Source: Candidatus Micrarchaeota archaeon
Lineage (GTDB): Archaea; Micrarchaeota; Micrarchaeia; Anstonellales; Bilamarchaeaceae
NCBI GenBank assembly: GCA_964590665.1
Contig: CAZPWA010000001.1
Coordinates: 12,483-76,482 of the forward strand
DNA length: 64,000 bases
Direction: 5' to 3'
The notes under the pieces were generated by a model, which did no database searches, had not been told where the DNA came from, and worked only from the letters and a program-made list of their open reading frames with translations. Shown piece after piece: positions 37,370-47,426 of this stretch. The position numbers and the translations under genes are program-made. The first letter of the stretch is position 1. The number at the start of each line of letters is the position of its first letter.

Positions 37370-38377
37370 TCACCTGTAGAATTTTTTCGAATCTTCCAAT
37401 GTTATGGGTTTGTAATCGTGTGCATGATTTGCAGATCCAAACTCAACATATCTTTCTTTTACGATTTTTATCATTGCATCCCTTGCTGGAGTTAAAAATT
37501 CTCTTGGATCAAATCTTTCTGGCTCTTCAACAAAAACTTTTCTCATCGCTGCCGTTGCTGCAAGTCTTAAATCTGTGTCCACATTGACCTTTCTAACTCC
37601 TGCTGCAATCCCTTCTTTAATTGCCCACAAAGGAACCCCATATGTTGGTGCTATTCTTCCTCCGTATTTATTGATTTGTGCAACCAGTTCCTGAGGTACT
37701 GATGAAGAACCGTGCATTACCATATGTAATTTTGGACATCTTTTATGTATTTCTCTAATTACATCCATCGCAAGCAAATTTTTATCCGGGTCGGGCTTCA
37801 CTTTGAATTTGTATGCTCCATGAGAAGTTCCAATTGCAACTGCAAGAGCATCAACTCCTGTTTTTGCCAAAAAATCTTCAACCTGGTTTGGATCTGTTAA
37901 ATGTATTTTTCCAGAACCGACTCCATCTTCTATTCCGCCTAAAGTTCCAAGTTCTCCTTCAACCGTTACTCCGAATTTATGAGCATATTCAACAACTTCT
38001 TTTGTGACTTTTACATTTTCTTCGTAAGTAGTTGGTGTTTTTCCATCTTCTTTTAACGATCCATCAATCATGACTGAGGTAAATCCAAGTGAAATTGCTG
38101 TTTTTGCTGATTCTAAATTGTTTCCATGATCCAAATGTAATGCTATTGGCAAATCTGGATATTTTTCAACACAGGCCATCATTATGTTTCTAAGGAAAAT
38201 TAAATCACTGTATTTGAGTGCTCCTCGTGATGCTGCCATAATTACAGGAGATTTAACTTCTGCAGCGCCTCTCATAATTGCCTGGGCTTGCTCCATATTA
38301 TTTACGTTAAAATGCGGAACTCCATATCCTCCTTTTGCTGCTTCATCAAGAATTTGCTTCATTGGTACAAGTGGCAT
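37370..38377 (-). CDS. fba: Fructose-bisphosphate aldolase class II (metal-dependent, bacterial type)
   Basis: 'GYGVPHFNVNNMEQAQAIMRGAAE', 'LHLDHG', and the 'VMIDGS' class II FBA pattern; 335 aa. Confidence 0.85.
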   Translation of the reverse strand: MPLVPMKQILDEAAKGGYGVPHFNVNNMEQAQAIMRGAAEVKSPVIMAASRGALKYSDLIFLRNIMMACVEKYPDLPIALHLDHGNNLESAKTAISLGFTSVMIDGSLKEDGKTPTTYEENVKVTKEVVEYAHKFGVTVEGELGTLGGIEDGVGSGKIHLTDPNQVEDFLAKTGVDALAVAIGTSHGAYKFKVKPDPDKNLLAMDVIREIHKRCPKLHMVMHGSSSVPQELVAQINKYGGRIAPTYGVPLWAIKEGIAAGVRKVNVDTDLRLAATAAMRKVFVEEPERFDPREFLTPARDAMIKIVKERYVEFGSANHAHDYKPITLEDSKKFYR

Positions 38378-38452
38378 ATTAATCCTCTTTTGTTTTTAGT
38401 AAGTAATTGTAAAATAAAAATATATTCCTTCTTCAAAAATAAAATATAAAAA

Positions 38453-39811
38453 TTATCTTAGTGCTACTTTTCTTGCTAATGCTCTATCTACTTGTTCTTT
38501 TGTCGGAGTTTTAAATCGTGTATCATATTTTTGATCCACGCTTATCCCTTCTAGCCTTTCAACAACTTGCCTTTGTGCGCTATTTGGAATTTCAATTGCT
38601 GTTCCTCTATTGCTAAATTCACTAACTACTCTCCCATCTATTTCAAAGGGCATGTTTCTCTCAAGGAAATAGTATGCAGCCTGAAGTCCTTTGGTTATTT
38701 TTCCTGGAGTTCCTTTTCCAATTGTTACTTCTTCGATTTCTGTTTTTCCATTTCTTTTTCTTTCAACTCCAACTTTAATTACGGGTGTGACTTTTGCAGC
38801 AGTTCCAAATGCCATAACTTCATCTGCATGTAGTAAGTCATTTAGCGTTAGATCGGTTTCTCTAACTTCTGTTATCCCAAGTTCCGTTGCAAGTTCTCTT
38901 GCAACTTGCAAATTGTTGTGCCTTGTTATTCCTGGAAGAGTCATGCAGCTGGTTTTTGGAGTCATGAGAATTCCGTCTTTGACAATTGCAACATTTGCGC
39001 TGGTAAATTCAGTAACTATTTTTCTTCCATTTCTATCAGTTCCCAAAAGAAGTGCATCTGCATATCCTTTCATTTTTGCATAGTTTTTCCAAGGAGTTCT
39101 TTTTGATCCGTAATTTGAAACTGCCTTTGCAAAATCAACGGTTCCTGGAAGTTCTGCAATTACTGATTCTGCCCTAACCAAAACTTTCATTCCGTTTTCA
39201 AAAGTTCCGCTTCCCATGTATTCTTTTGGCCACAAATATCCATGAACCAAAAATTCAATAAGATGATCTGAACTATAAACCCCAATTCCTGCATTATTTA
39301 ATTGAGAATCCTTATCTCCTAAAACTGCAAGAGGCCTCAAGTATCTAATTGGGAATGAATCTGCTCTTCCTAAATTTCTTTGAATCATTTCAATTGTTAA
39401 TTTTGCAACTGCTTCTAAGTCCAATAGTGTTCTTTTCCCATTTGAAATAACTTCTAATACAGGCCTAAACTCTTTTGGTTTTCCTCTTGCTAACTCATAA
39501 ACTTCTCCATATGGCATATCTGGCTTATAGTCCAATCCTTCGCTCATAAATCTCTCTAGTCCTTCTCTTGTGTGGAGCATATTTGCATTTACAATTAATC
39601 GTGCCATGTGAGCGTTGAGTTCGAAAACAATCAGATGTTTTCCATCATTGCTTATTTCAACTCCTATCCCTTCCAAAACTCCAGTTGCATAGTTTAATCC
39701 GTGTGAATGCGCATCGAAGAGTTGGTTATGCGTTGCATCTTGATATGTTCCATTATCGAAAACTGTAAATTTATCTCCCCGAACTTCAATTGGTGCTCTT
39801 AGTGTTGCCAT
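38453..39811 (-). CDS. Aminotransferase class IV (BCAT/D-AAT fold) family protein, long form with a ~70-aa insertion
   Basis: N-terminal domain 'HGLNYATGVLEGIGVEI', catalytic-Lys block 'FAKAVSNYGSKR', C-terminal 'LPGITRHN...ADEVMAFGTAAKVTPV'. At 452 aa it is ~130 aa longer than canonical BCAT. Confidence 0.7.
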   Translation of the reverse strand: MATLRAPIEVRGDKFTVFDNGTYQDATHNQLFDAHSHGLNYATGVLEGIGVEISNDGKHLIVFELNAHMARLIVNANMLHTREGLERFMSEGLDYKPDMPYGEVYELARGKPKEFRPVLEVISNGKRTLLDLEAVAKLTIEMIQRNLGRADSFPIRYLRPLAVLGDKDSQLNNAGIGVYSSDHLIEFLVHGYLWPKEYMGSGTFENGMKVLVRAESVIAELPGTVDFAKAVSNYGSKRTPWKNYAKMKGYADALLLGTDRNGRKIVTEFTSANVAIVKDGILMTPKTSCMTLPGITRHNNLQVARELATELGITEVRETDLTLNDLLHADEVMAFGTAAKVTPVIKVGVERKRNGKTEIEEVTIGKGTPGKITKGLQAAYYFLERNMPFEIDGRVVSEFSNRGTAIEIPNSAQRQVVERLEGISVDQKYDTRFKTPTKEQVDRALARKVALR

Positions 39812-39863
39812 ATACTCATCCCTGTTTTATTTTGTCTATTAAAATTAATAAAAGTTGTTTGAT

Positions 39864-41297
39864 TTATCTTGAATATCCATCATCATCCGGCAGATCTTGC
39901 GGTCTATCTAATTTTGGTAATTCTTCAAATTCAATTGCCCCCAACGGTCCCTCTATGCAACTATCATCTGCAATAACCTTTGCCCTCACTTTATGCGCTT
40001 TGAATTCGCTCAATTCCTGTACCCTAAATGGTCTTTTTGTTGTGAGCCAGTCGATGTGGAAAAATGGAATTTGGCTGTCTCTGAGCAACCCCTGAAAATG
40101 CTCTGTTGGCGTTCTATGTTGGTGATTGGGATTTACTTCCACAATCGCAACTGCATTGCTAAATGCTGCATATGAGAGCCATTTTCCAGGTCCTGCCATT
40201 GCAGAATGTATGTCATGAACTACTAGTATGTAGTCTCTATTTTCTCTATTTAGCCGAATCATTCTCTCTCTCATCTCTTTTCCTGATAAATCATACTGAA
40301 GAGTTGAAATCACTGAATTTGCTCTCCTTATGTTTCTTCCTGCAACTTCAGTTGTCCATAAGCAGTTTTCATTTTCTCTATCTGGAAAAACAATTTGTCT
40401 TGTATCTCTTTCATACGGTGCAACCTGCAGTAAATAGGCACGCACTTCATTTACTCCCCGTGCAAGTGCAAATTCAAAATAAAACGGTCCAATATCTTTC
40501 TCTATTTCTTTTACCTCTGAAAGAAACCTTGGAAGTGCTTCATTTACTGCTCTTTGATATGCACCAGATTGGACCAATTTTGAAACAAATGGTTCTGATG
40601 GATCCGTTATTCTTTTTCCATTTACTAATCTTTCAGGGTGCTGCAGATCTCTCGTAGTTAATTTTCGTATCAAATCTTCCGGCATTCTTTCATCAAACCT
40701 AAATCGGCTTATTGGAGTTGATTTTCCTGTTGCTCTAGTTCCCATTCCTGAAACAACCGCAAGTCTTCCGTTTTCCCCAGACCAACTAGTAAAACCACAT
40801 CCTGAAATAAGCGGGGCGTCAAATTCAGCATCTATAACTGGAGGCATTATCAAAACTGAAACTTCTGCACTTAAGCCTCTTTTTTCTCTAAATTCACGCG
40901 CATCTTCTCCTGCTGCTCTATTTACTATTGTTTCAATTGCATCTATTCCTTCTGTAAGTGGAGCATATACGCTTGTATATACGCCATTTCCTGCTAAATC
41001 TCCTTGAAAACTAGATCTAAAGACCTGATTTCTATTTCCTTCTATTCCTTCAAGCACTTTTTCTATTTGCTTTCTTTGATCTCCTGCAATTATTATTTTT
41101 TCATTCCCTGTATTTTCTAATAGTTTTGAAAAAAATGGTCTTGATGAAAGTACGTGCGCATCAGGAACCTTTATTCCTTTATCTAAAAAACATACTCCGT
41201 ATTTTATGAGCGCATCTGCCTTTGCTCCTATTACTCCATAACCGTGAACTTTGAATGAAAATTCTCCCAATCTTCCAATTACTCTGTTGTGGCGCAT
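39864..41297 (-). CDS. PEP-utilising-enzyme N-terminal (PPDK_N ATP-grasp) domain protein, lacking phospho-His and PEP-binding domains
   Basis: 'IGAKADALIKYG...GIKVPDAHVL' (cf. GGKGANL...GLPVPPGFV), 'VFRSSFQGDLAGNG' (cf. RSSATAEDxxxASFAGQ), 'GLSAEVSVLIMPPVIDAEFD'. No GGxxSHAAI mobile-domain motif; 477 aa. Confidence 0.55.
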   Translation of the reverse strand: MRHNRVIGRLGEFSFKVHGYGVIGAKADALIKYGVCFLDKGIKVPDAHVLSSRPFFSKLLENTGNEKIIIAGDQRKQIEKVLEGIEGNRNQVFRSSFQGDLAGNGVYTSVYAPLTEGIDAIETIVNRAAGEDAREFREKRGLSAEVSVLIMPPVIDAEFDAPLISGCGFTSWSGENGRLAVVSGMGTRATGKSTPISRFRFDERMPEDLIRKLTTRDLQHPERLVNGKRITDPSEPFVSKLVQSGAYQRAVNEALPRFLSEVKEIEKDIGPFYFEFALARGVNEVRAYLLQVAPYERDTRQIVFPDRENENCLWTTEVAGRNIRRANSVISTLQYDLSGKEMRERMIRLNRENRDYILVVHDIHSAMAGPGKWLSYAAFSNAVAIVEVNPNHQHRTPTEHFQGLLRDSQIPFFHIDWLTTKRPFRVQELSEFKAHKVRAKVIADDSCIEGPLGAIEFEELPKLDRPQDLPDDDGYSR

Positions 41298-41379
41298 TTA
41301 ACTACCTGCTATAACATTTACTATCTAAGGAATTATAAAAATGAGTAAAATTAGAAATATTATAAAAATTAAAAAAAAT

Positions 41380-43479
41380 TTAGTTTGATTTTACAAGCAT
41401 CTGCATCTTTTCTTCTTCAACTCCCTTTGTTTTGGCTGAAGTTCCAACGTGCAATACTTGTTCGTGTCTTGAACTATCTCGGTATATTGTAATTCCTTTA
41501 CAACCAAGTTTCCAAGCTAAAAGATAGACGTTTTTAACATCATCAACTGTTGAATTTGCTGGCATGTTTATTGTTTTACTTACTGCAAGTTCAACGTTTT
41601 CCTGGAATGCTGCCTGCATTTTAACGTGCGATTGGGCCGAAACATCATATGCGACCCTAAACACTTCTTTCATGTCCTGTGGCAAGCTATCTATACTTTG
41701 TATCGATCCTTCTTCCATTACTTGTCTTAATAGGTCGTCGCTGTAAAGTCCGCGAACTTTTAAGACTTGCTCGAAAATTGGATCAAGGTAGTAATACTGA
41801 CCTGCCCGAACTGTTTTCAAAAATGAAAGTGCAAACACTGGTTCGATTCCACTTGATGTGTCTGCAATCATGGAAATTGTTCCTGTTGGTGCAATCGATG
41901 TGCAAGTTGCATTGCGCATTGAATCATATTTCTTATTCAATGGACTATCCTTAAAGCCCAAAAATGAGCCTCTTACTCTTCCAAGTTCCTGGCTCATCTT
42001 TCTTGATTCGTCATTTATGAACTTCATTACTTCTTTTCCAACTTCAAAGCCCATTTCTGAATCGTATTTTACTCCGATCATGTAAAGCATTCTTCCAAAG
42101 CCCATGACTCCCAAACCTATTCTTCTGTTTTTGAGTGTCTGCTCTTTGATTTGAGGGATTGGATAAACATTCAAGTCAATTACATTGTCAAGAAGTCTAA
42201 ATGCCAATCTAATTACATATCTTAATCGATCCCACTTGACCTTTTTCTTCCAATCTCCTTTGCTCCAATCTAAATCAACAAATTTTACTAAATTGATGCT
42301 TCCCAAGTTGCATGATTCAAAATCAGGCATTGGAACTTCTCCGCATGGGTTTGTTGCATGAATTGGATCTATTGGAGTTGGGTTTGTTCGATTTATCTGG
42401 TCTATGAATAATAATCCTGGTTCAGCTGATTTCCATGCAGAATATGCAATCATGTCAAAGAGGCCTCTTGCACTTATCTTTCTGAGCGCTTCTCCTGATC
42501 TTGGATTCAATAACTCATAATCTTCGTTGTTTTCAACTGCTCTCATGAATTTATCATCCGCCATAACTGAGACGTTGAAATTTTCCATGACTCCAGGTGT
42601 TTGCTTCATGGTGATGAAATCCTGAACATCTGGGTGCCAAACGTGCAAAGTTGCCATGTTTGCTCCCCTTCTTTTTCCTCCTTGCTTAACCACGTTTGTT
42701 GCATTATCAAATGCACTCATAAATGAAATTGGTCCTGAAGCTACTCCGGTTGTGGATCTAACAAAATCTCCCTTTGGTCTTAAATATGAGAAACAAAATC
42801 CTGTTCCTCCTCCTGTTTTGTGAACCATCGCCTGCCATTTAACACATTCAAAAATTGCTTCTATATTGTCTTTTACTGGCAAAATGAAGCATGCTGCAAG
42901 CTGTCCTGATGCGGTTCCTGCATTCATAAGTGTTGGTGAATTTGGCAAAAATTCAAAATTGGTCATGACTTCGTAGAATGCTTCTTCATACATTCTAATT
43001 GCCTTGTCATCTGCGCCATATTTCTTTTCATTTGACGCCAAGTGTTTTGCAACTCTTCTAAATAACATGCTTGGGCTTTCTGCAGTTTTTCCGCTTTCAT
43101 CCCTTAATAAGTATCTTTTTTCCAAAACCTGAAGTGCATTTATCGGTAGTTTCAAATCGTCGTTTACTCCGATCATTTTCTTCATGTCTCTTTCAAGGTT
43201 TTTGTTGTGCCGATAAAGTATGTATGCTTTTGCTGTTGATGCATGTCCTAGTTCAATCAATGCCTTTTCGACAATGTCCTGAACTTCTTCAACTGTTGGA
43301 ACGTCCTTTTCTGTATATTTTGCACTTAGCATTTCGATTGCTTTTTCAGCTACCTTTTCTGATTCGCTTCTATCTGTTCCGCCAACAGACTGAGCCGCCT
43401 TAAAAATGGCCTCTACCATCTTTGCTCTATCAAAATCCACTGTTGATCCGTCTCTTTTTCTAATACTTTTAATTGTCAT
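41380..43479 (-). CDS. nrdJ: Ribonucleotide reductase, probably class II (adenosylcobalamin-dependent) with an N-terminal ATP-cone
   Basis: ATP-cone 'IRKRDGSTVDFDRAKMVEAIFKA', RNR barrel active-site region (NPCGEV, Cys-containing finger loop). No glycyl-radical C-terminal motif and no adjacent NrdB; 699 aa. Confidence 0.7.
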   Translation of the reverse strand: MTIKSIRKRDGSTVDFDRAKMVEAIFKAAQSVGGTDRSESEKVAEKAIEMLSAKYTEKDVPTVEEVQDIVEKALIELGHASTAKAYILYRHNKNLERDMKKMIGVNDDLKLPINALQVLEKRYLLRDESGKTAESPSMLFRRVAKHLASNEKKYGADDKAIRMYEEAFYEVMTNFEFLPNSPTLMNAGTASGQLAACFILPVKDNIEAIFECVKWQAMVHKTGGGTGFCFSYLRPKGDFVRSTTGVASGPISFMSAFDNATNVVKQGGKRRGANMATLHVWHPDVQDFITMKQTPGVMENFNVSVMADDKFMRAVENNEDYELLNPRSGEALRKISARGLFDMIAYSAWKSAEPGLLFIDQINRTNPTPIDPIHATNPCGEVPMPDFESCNLGSINLVKFVDLDWSKGDWKKKVKWDRLRYVIRLAFRLLDNVIDLNVYPIPQIKEQTLKNRRIGLGVMGFGRMLYMIGVKYDSEMGFEVGKEVMKFINDESRKMSQELGRVRGSFLGFKDSPLNKKYDSMRNATCTSIAPTGTISMIADTSSGIEPVFALSFLKTVRAGQYYYLDPIFEQVLKVRGLYSDDLLRQVMEEGSIQSIDSLPQDMKEVFRVAYDVSAQSHVKMQAAFQENVELAVSKTINMPANSTVDDVKNVYLLAWKLGCKGITIYRDSSRHEQVLHVGTSAKTKGVEEEKMQMLVKSN

Positions 43480-43625
43480 AAACCCACCTAGTCAAAGCAT
43501 GAAATCATGAATAATTTCCTTTATAAATATCACGAATTCTTCCGAAAAATATTCTCTCTTTATTGACCAAAAAAAACGACAAATGTTATTTTTACTCTCG
43601 AAAAAATCTGTCTTTTGAAAAAAAA

Positions 43626-44168
43626 TTATTTTTTAATTATTTGTGCTGCAATCGATCCGACTGCGCCTATTGCAAATGCCACTGTTGCTCCAATTAGCGC
43701 AAGGCCAAATCCGCAAAGTGCTGAAAATACGATTCCGCTTATTCCAGGAATGTTTCCCAAGTACGTGGATGCGAGAACTGATTCTGGAGGCCTAAATAAC
43801 CCAATTGTTATTACTTTGCTTACAATCAGTGATCCCATTACTGCATTTATTATTGTTAAAATTATGCTTGATACTAAAAATGCAAATGCGCTTGCAGCTC
43901 CGCTTTCAGTTGGATCTAAATTATATTTTTTTGAGCCCGTTGCACCAATTCTAAAGTACAATATTATGTAAATGGGGATTAACAAGTAACTGTATACTGT
44001 ATTTATTGTTTTTACATAGCTTATCAATGAAGGTCCTGAAACTACTGATAATATTTGTATTATCAAACCTAAAATTCCAAGAATGATTATTACTGCCAAT
44101 GTCTTTAGCGATGCTTGAACTACATTTCGCATTTTCATTTTTTCACCAAATTCGCTTTTACTAAGCAC
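43626..44168 (-). CDS. Hypothetical integral membrane protein (5 TM)
   Basis: 180 aa, hydrophobic throughout. No motif recognised; a Yip1-like topology is possible. Confidence 0.4.
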   Translation of the reverse strand: MLSKSEFGEKMKMRNVVQASLKTLAVIIILGILGLIIQILSVVSGPSLISYVKTINTVYSYLLIPIYIILYFRIGATGSKKYNLDPTESGAASAFAFLVSSIILTIINAVMGSLIVSKVITIGLFRPPESVLASTYLGNIPGISGIVFSALCGFGLALIGATVAFAIGAVGSIAAQIIKK

Positions 44169-44194
44169 CTAAAATTTATAAAGACATTTGACTT

Positions 44195-45916
44195 TTAGCA
44201 GCAAAAGATGAACTCTAGTTTTTCCTTGTTGTCCAATTTACAGAATCCAAATCGTTCGAATTGTATTACTTGCCCTTTTTGAACTTCTAAAACACTTCTT
44301 TCACATCTGCCTTCAGTTATTTCGAGACTCTTTTGATCAAATTCTCCATTTTCATCTAGAAGGTCCTTTGGAATCATTACTGTGCATTTTTCTGAATCTT
44401 CACTTACCCACTGAACTTTCTTCTCAACCTGCTTATCTTCTTTGGCTTTTGCAACAATTCTTGTTTTTTCTATTTTTACTATTTCTATGTTGCATAAATC
44501 CTTGAGTCTAATTATTTCTCCTTCCTTGAGATTTTTTGCATCTGAATGCGCTAAGAAAATTTTCTTTCCAATTTTAATCTTTCTGCTTCCGCTCTCATCT
44601 TTTTTGGGATTTCTTTTTATTTCAATGTGGCTTTCTTTCATATCTTCAACAAAAACTTCTACTGGTTTTTCAACAAAAAAGTAATGGTCTGAAACCGGAT
44701 CCAGCATTTTTTTATTTATTATTAAAAGCGCCTCCCAGCTTGGTTCTGATTCTACTTTCGATAAACCGAAGCTTAGTACAAATTCCTTGATTGCTTGTGG
44801 AAGAATGCCTCTTCTCTCTAACCCTTTTAATGTTGGAAGCCTCGGATCATCCCAACCAAGAACTTTTCCTTCCTTAACTAAAGGCAAAAGCAATCTTTTA
44901 CTAATTGGGGCATTTTTGATATTTAGTCTTGAAAATCCAATTTGGATTGGTTTTTTAAATTTCAAATCTTCAAAAAGCGCTCTGTAAAGTTCGTCTCTAA
45001 GTTCGTATTCTTTAGATCGCATTGAATGTGTTATTCCTTCCAAGTGATCCATCACAACAACTGCCAAATCATATCCTGGCCAAACTCTGTATTTGGTCAA
45101 TTGTCTGTAATGTTTTGCTTCAAGTATTCTTGCAATTGTAGGGTCTCGCATTACTGTATTGAGCGATTCCATATCTCCTTTATATCTAAGAATCGCTTCT
45201 CCTTCGCTAATTTCCGAATTAATCATCTTTTTCCAGTTTTCTCTATTTTCTTCTATTTTATTTGATCTGCATTTGCATCCAACGCCTTCAGTTCTGCCTT
45301 TACTAATTTCTTCCTGCTTGCAAAAACAAACATAGGCCTTGTCATTCTGAATTAATTTTTCTGCAGCTTCATATATTTTTGGCATATTATCCGATGTGTA
45401 TGTTTCCTTTCCATCCCAGGAAATTCCAAGCCAAATTAATCCTTCTTTAATTGCTTCAACATATTGGTATGATTCTTTTTCAGGATTCGTATCATCAAAT
45501 CGCAAAATCATTTTTCCGCCATGGTTTTTTGCCCCCTCATAATCTATCCATGCTGCTTTTGCATGTCCAATATGTGGGTATCCTGATGGTTCTGGGGGAA
45601 ATCTTGTCACTACGTTTCCTTCAACTGCGTCCGTAAGTGTAATTGATTTTTTTACTTCCTCTTTTTTCTCGGCATATGTGAAATTTTTCATTTCATTTTC
45701 TATTTCTTCTTTGGATAATTTTGAAACTCTTGAAATTTCACTATTAATTAGTGTCATTGTGTTTTTCATGTCTTTTTTGGAATCCATGTGTTCGCCAATA
45801 ACTTTTCCGACAACTGATCCGGCGCTTGCCTTTCCAAAATCAAATGCATTTTTGAGAACATGTTTTCTAATAATTAATTCTAAATCCGATGATTTGTGAG
45901 ACATAACTAAATTCAA
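44195..45916 (-). CDS. gltX: Glutamyl-tRNA synthetase, archaeal/eukaryotic type
   Basis: Class I HIGH motif 'GYPHIGHAKAA' and KMSKS-like 'PISKR'; 573 aa. Confidence 0.9.
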   Translation of the reverse strand: MNLVMSHKSSDLELIIRKHVLKNAFDFGKASAGSVVGKVIGEHMDSKKDMKNTMTLINSEISRVSKLSKEEIENEMKNFTYAEKKEEVKKSITLTDAVEGNVVTRFPPEPSGYPHIGHAKAAWIDYEGAKNHGGKMILRFDDTNPEKESYQYVEAIKEGLIWLGISWDGKETYTSDNMPKIYEAAEKLIQNDKAYVCFCKQEEISKGRTEGVGCKCRSNKIEENRENWKKMINSEISEGEAILRYKGDMESLNTVMRDPTIARILEAKHYRQLTKYRVWPGYDLAVVVMDHLEGITHSMRSKEYELRDELYRALFEDLKFKKPIQIGFSRLNIKNAPISKRLLLPLVKEGKVLGWDDPRLPTLKGLERRGILPQAIKEFVLSFGLSKVESEPSWEALLIINKKMLDPVSDHYFFVEKPVEVFVEDMKESHIEIKRNPKKDESGSRKIKIGKKIFLAHSDAKNLKEGEIIRLKDLCNIEIVKIEKTRIVAKAKEDKQVEKKVQWVSEDSEKCTVMIPKDLLDENGEFDQKSLEITEGRCERSVLEVQKGQVIQFERFGFCKLDNKEKLEFIFCC

Positions 45917-45980
45917 TAAAGCATTTTGTTTTTATTCCCAACTGGGTTTGCTCAGTTTATTTTGTTTTGCTTTTGCAGTA

Positions 45981-46970
45981 TTATTCGATTGTTTTTATCA
46001 ATTCGTTTTTTAGTTGATTTGCCCTGTTTTGTGCTTCCTTTTGCTCAAACCCTTCTCTAATTAATCCCTTTTTGATTTGCTCGCTGATAAATTCCATATT
46101 TTGTACTGCTCTTTCTCGATCTAAAATTCTTGATTCTTCACTCAGTTGCCTCTGTGCTAACTTTGCTGCGTTTTGAATTTTTTTATCGTCTATTTTTGCA
46201 TCTTTTTCCACTAGTTCTCTATAAATTGCTTCAGCTACTGCCTCGAAAGTTCTCATTACTCTGCACATCTGATCAGAAAAAAGCTCGTATTTCCAAATTC
46301 CTGATTCCACTTCACCATACTTGAGATTTATTCCAATGAGTCTTTCTTCTTCACTGCCTAATCCAATTGCAACCGGACAAACTCCAACTTCCCCGTATTT
46401 TTCTCTTGCTAAAAAAGATTCTCCCATGTAAAATCTCATTCCAAGTCTTTCTGATATCTCTCTGTTTTTAAGTAATTCAACCATCAGAGCAGTCATTTCA
46501 TAATACCCTAAAACTGCAATCTGAGCGATTCCCATATGCATCATCATTATTTCTCTTTCCGGATCTTCTAAAATGTCTTGGATGTCTTCTGCTCTTTTGG
46601 GATTTTTGACTTTTGATGGATCTAGTAAAAACGAATACCCCGGAACCACAAATGTTCTTGGAAATCTTTCTTCTGCTTGTGCCCATTCTCCATCTGGCAC
46701 ATAAGGTCTAAAAATTGAAAAAATTCGCTCTAATATTTCTCTTTCTGTTGAAACCCCCTTTAAAATTTGCTCGACTGCTCTGGTTAGTTCTCCTTTTTGA
46801 TCTGTTTTGTTCTTCCAAGAAAGTTCCCTTCTAGCATCTTCAATTTGCCTTTTCATAATTTGGGCATATTCTGACCCTGTGCTTTCTATCACTTTGAATT
46901 CATGAAATTGAGGTTCTTGTGATGGTCTTGAAATTGGAATTCCAAATGAAATGGGCACTCGATGCTTCAT
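45981..46970 (-). CDS. Hypothetical soluble protein (329 aa)
   Basis: Clean ORF with good coding statistics by eye. No recognisable catalytic motif. Coiled-coil-like C-terminal third. Confidence 0.4.
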   Translation of the reverse strand: MKHRVPISFGIPISRPSQEPQFHEFKVIESTGSEYAQIMKRQIEDARRELSWKNKTDQKGELTRAVEQILKGVSTEREILERIFSIFRPYVPDGEWAQAEERFPRTFVVPGYSFLLDPSKVKNPKRAEDIQDILEDPEREIMMMHMGIAQIAVLGYYEMTALMVELLKNREISERLGMRFYMGESFLAREKYGEVGVCPVAIGLGSEEERLIGINLKYGEVESGIWKYELFSDQMCRVMRTFEAVAEAIYRELVEKDAKIDDKKIQNAAKLAQRQLSEESRILDRERAVQNMEFISEQIKKGLIREGFEQKEAQNRANQLKNELIKTIE

Positions 46971-47426
46971 GATCTGATTTGAATCTGTTTGTTTTTTAAA
47001 TGTGTTAGAAAGTTATTTTTTCTGATTATTTGCTTATTCTGGGCAATCTGCTATTTCTGTTGGTTTTTGTTTTTATCCAAAGCTTTATTTTTCTCTGATA
47101 CAAACATTTATATATATTTTTATGAGCAATAATTCTTGTAAGTAAAAAATCCAAATGATTGAAAAGGGGTGCAATGGGAAATGGAAAGCAAATTCAAAAT
47201 GTCTGAATCTTCTTCCATGTCTACTTTTACCTGTTGCACTAATATGAAGTCTAATATTATTAGCAAGTTTAATTATTTGTTGATTAGGCTCTAACATTTG
47301 GATGGGATTTAAGGCCTTTTTGGGTGACACCGAAAAACCCTGTCTTTGGAAAAAAGCTTTCGTTTTGAAAGCGCTTTTCTTCTGTTTTTTGGAAAAATTT
47401 CAAAAAAAAGATTGAGGTGTTTATTA

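Noticed and set aside
37370-38377. Interpreting the window as bacterial because of class II FBA and GlpX
   Set aside because: Archaea-specific markers predominate throughout: Alba, S4e, L32e, L19e, aRF1, diphthine synthase, archaeal AdkA, ABCE1 and an intron-containing tRNA with a BHB motif. The pair is more likely horizontally acquired.
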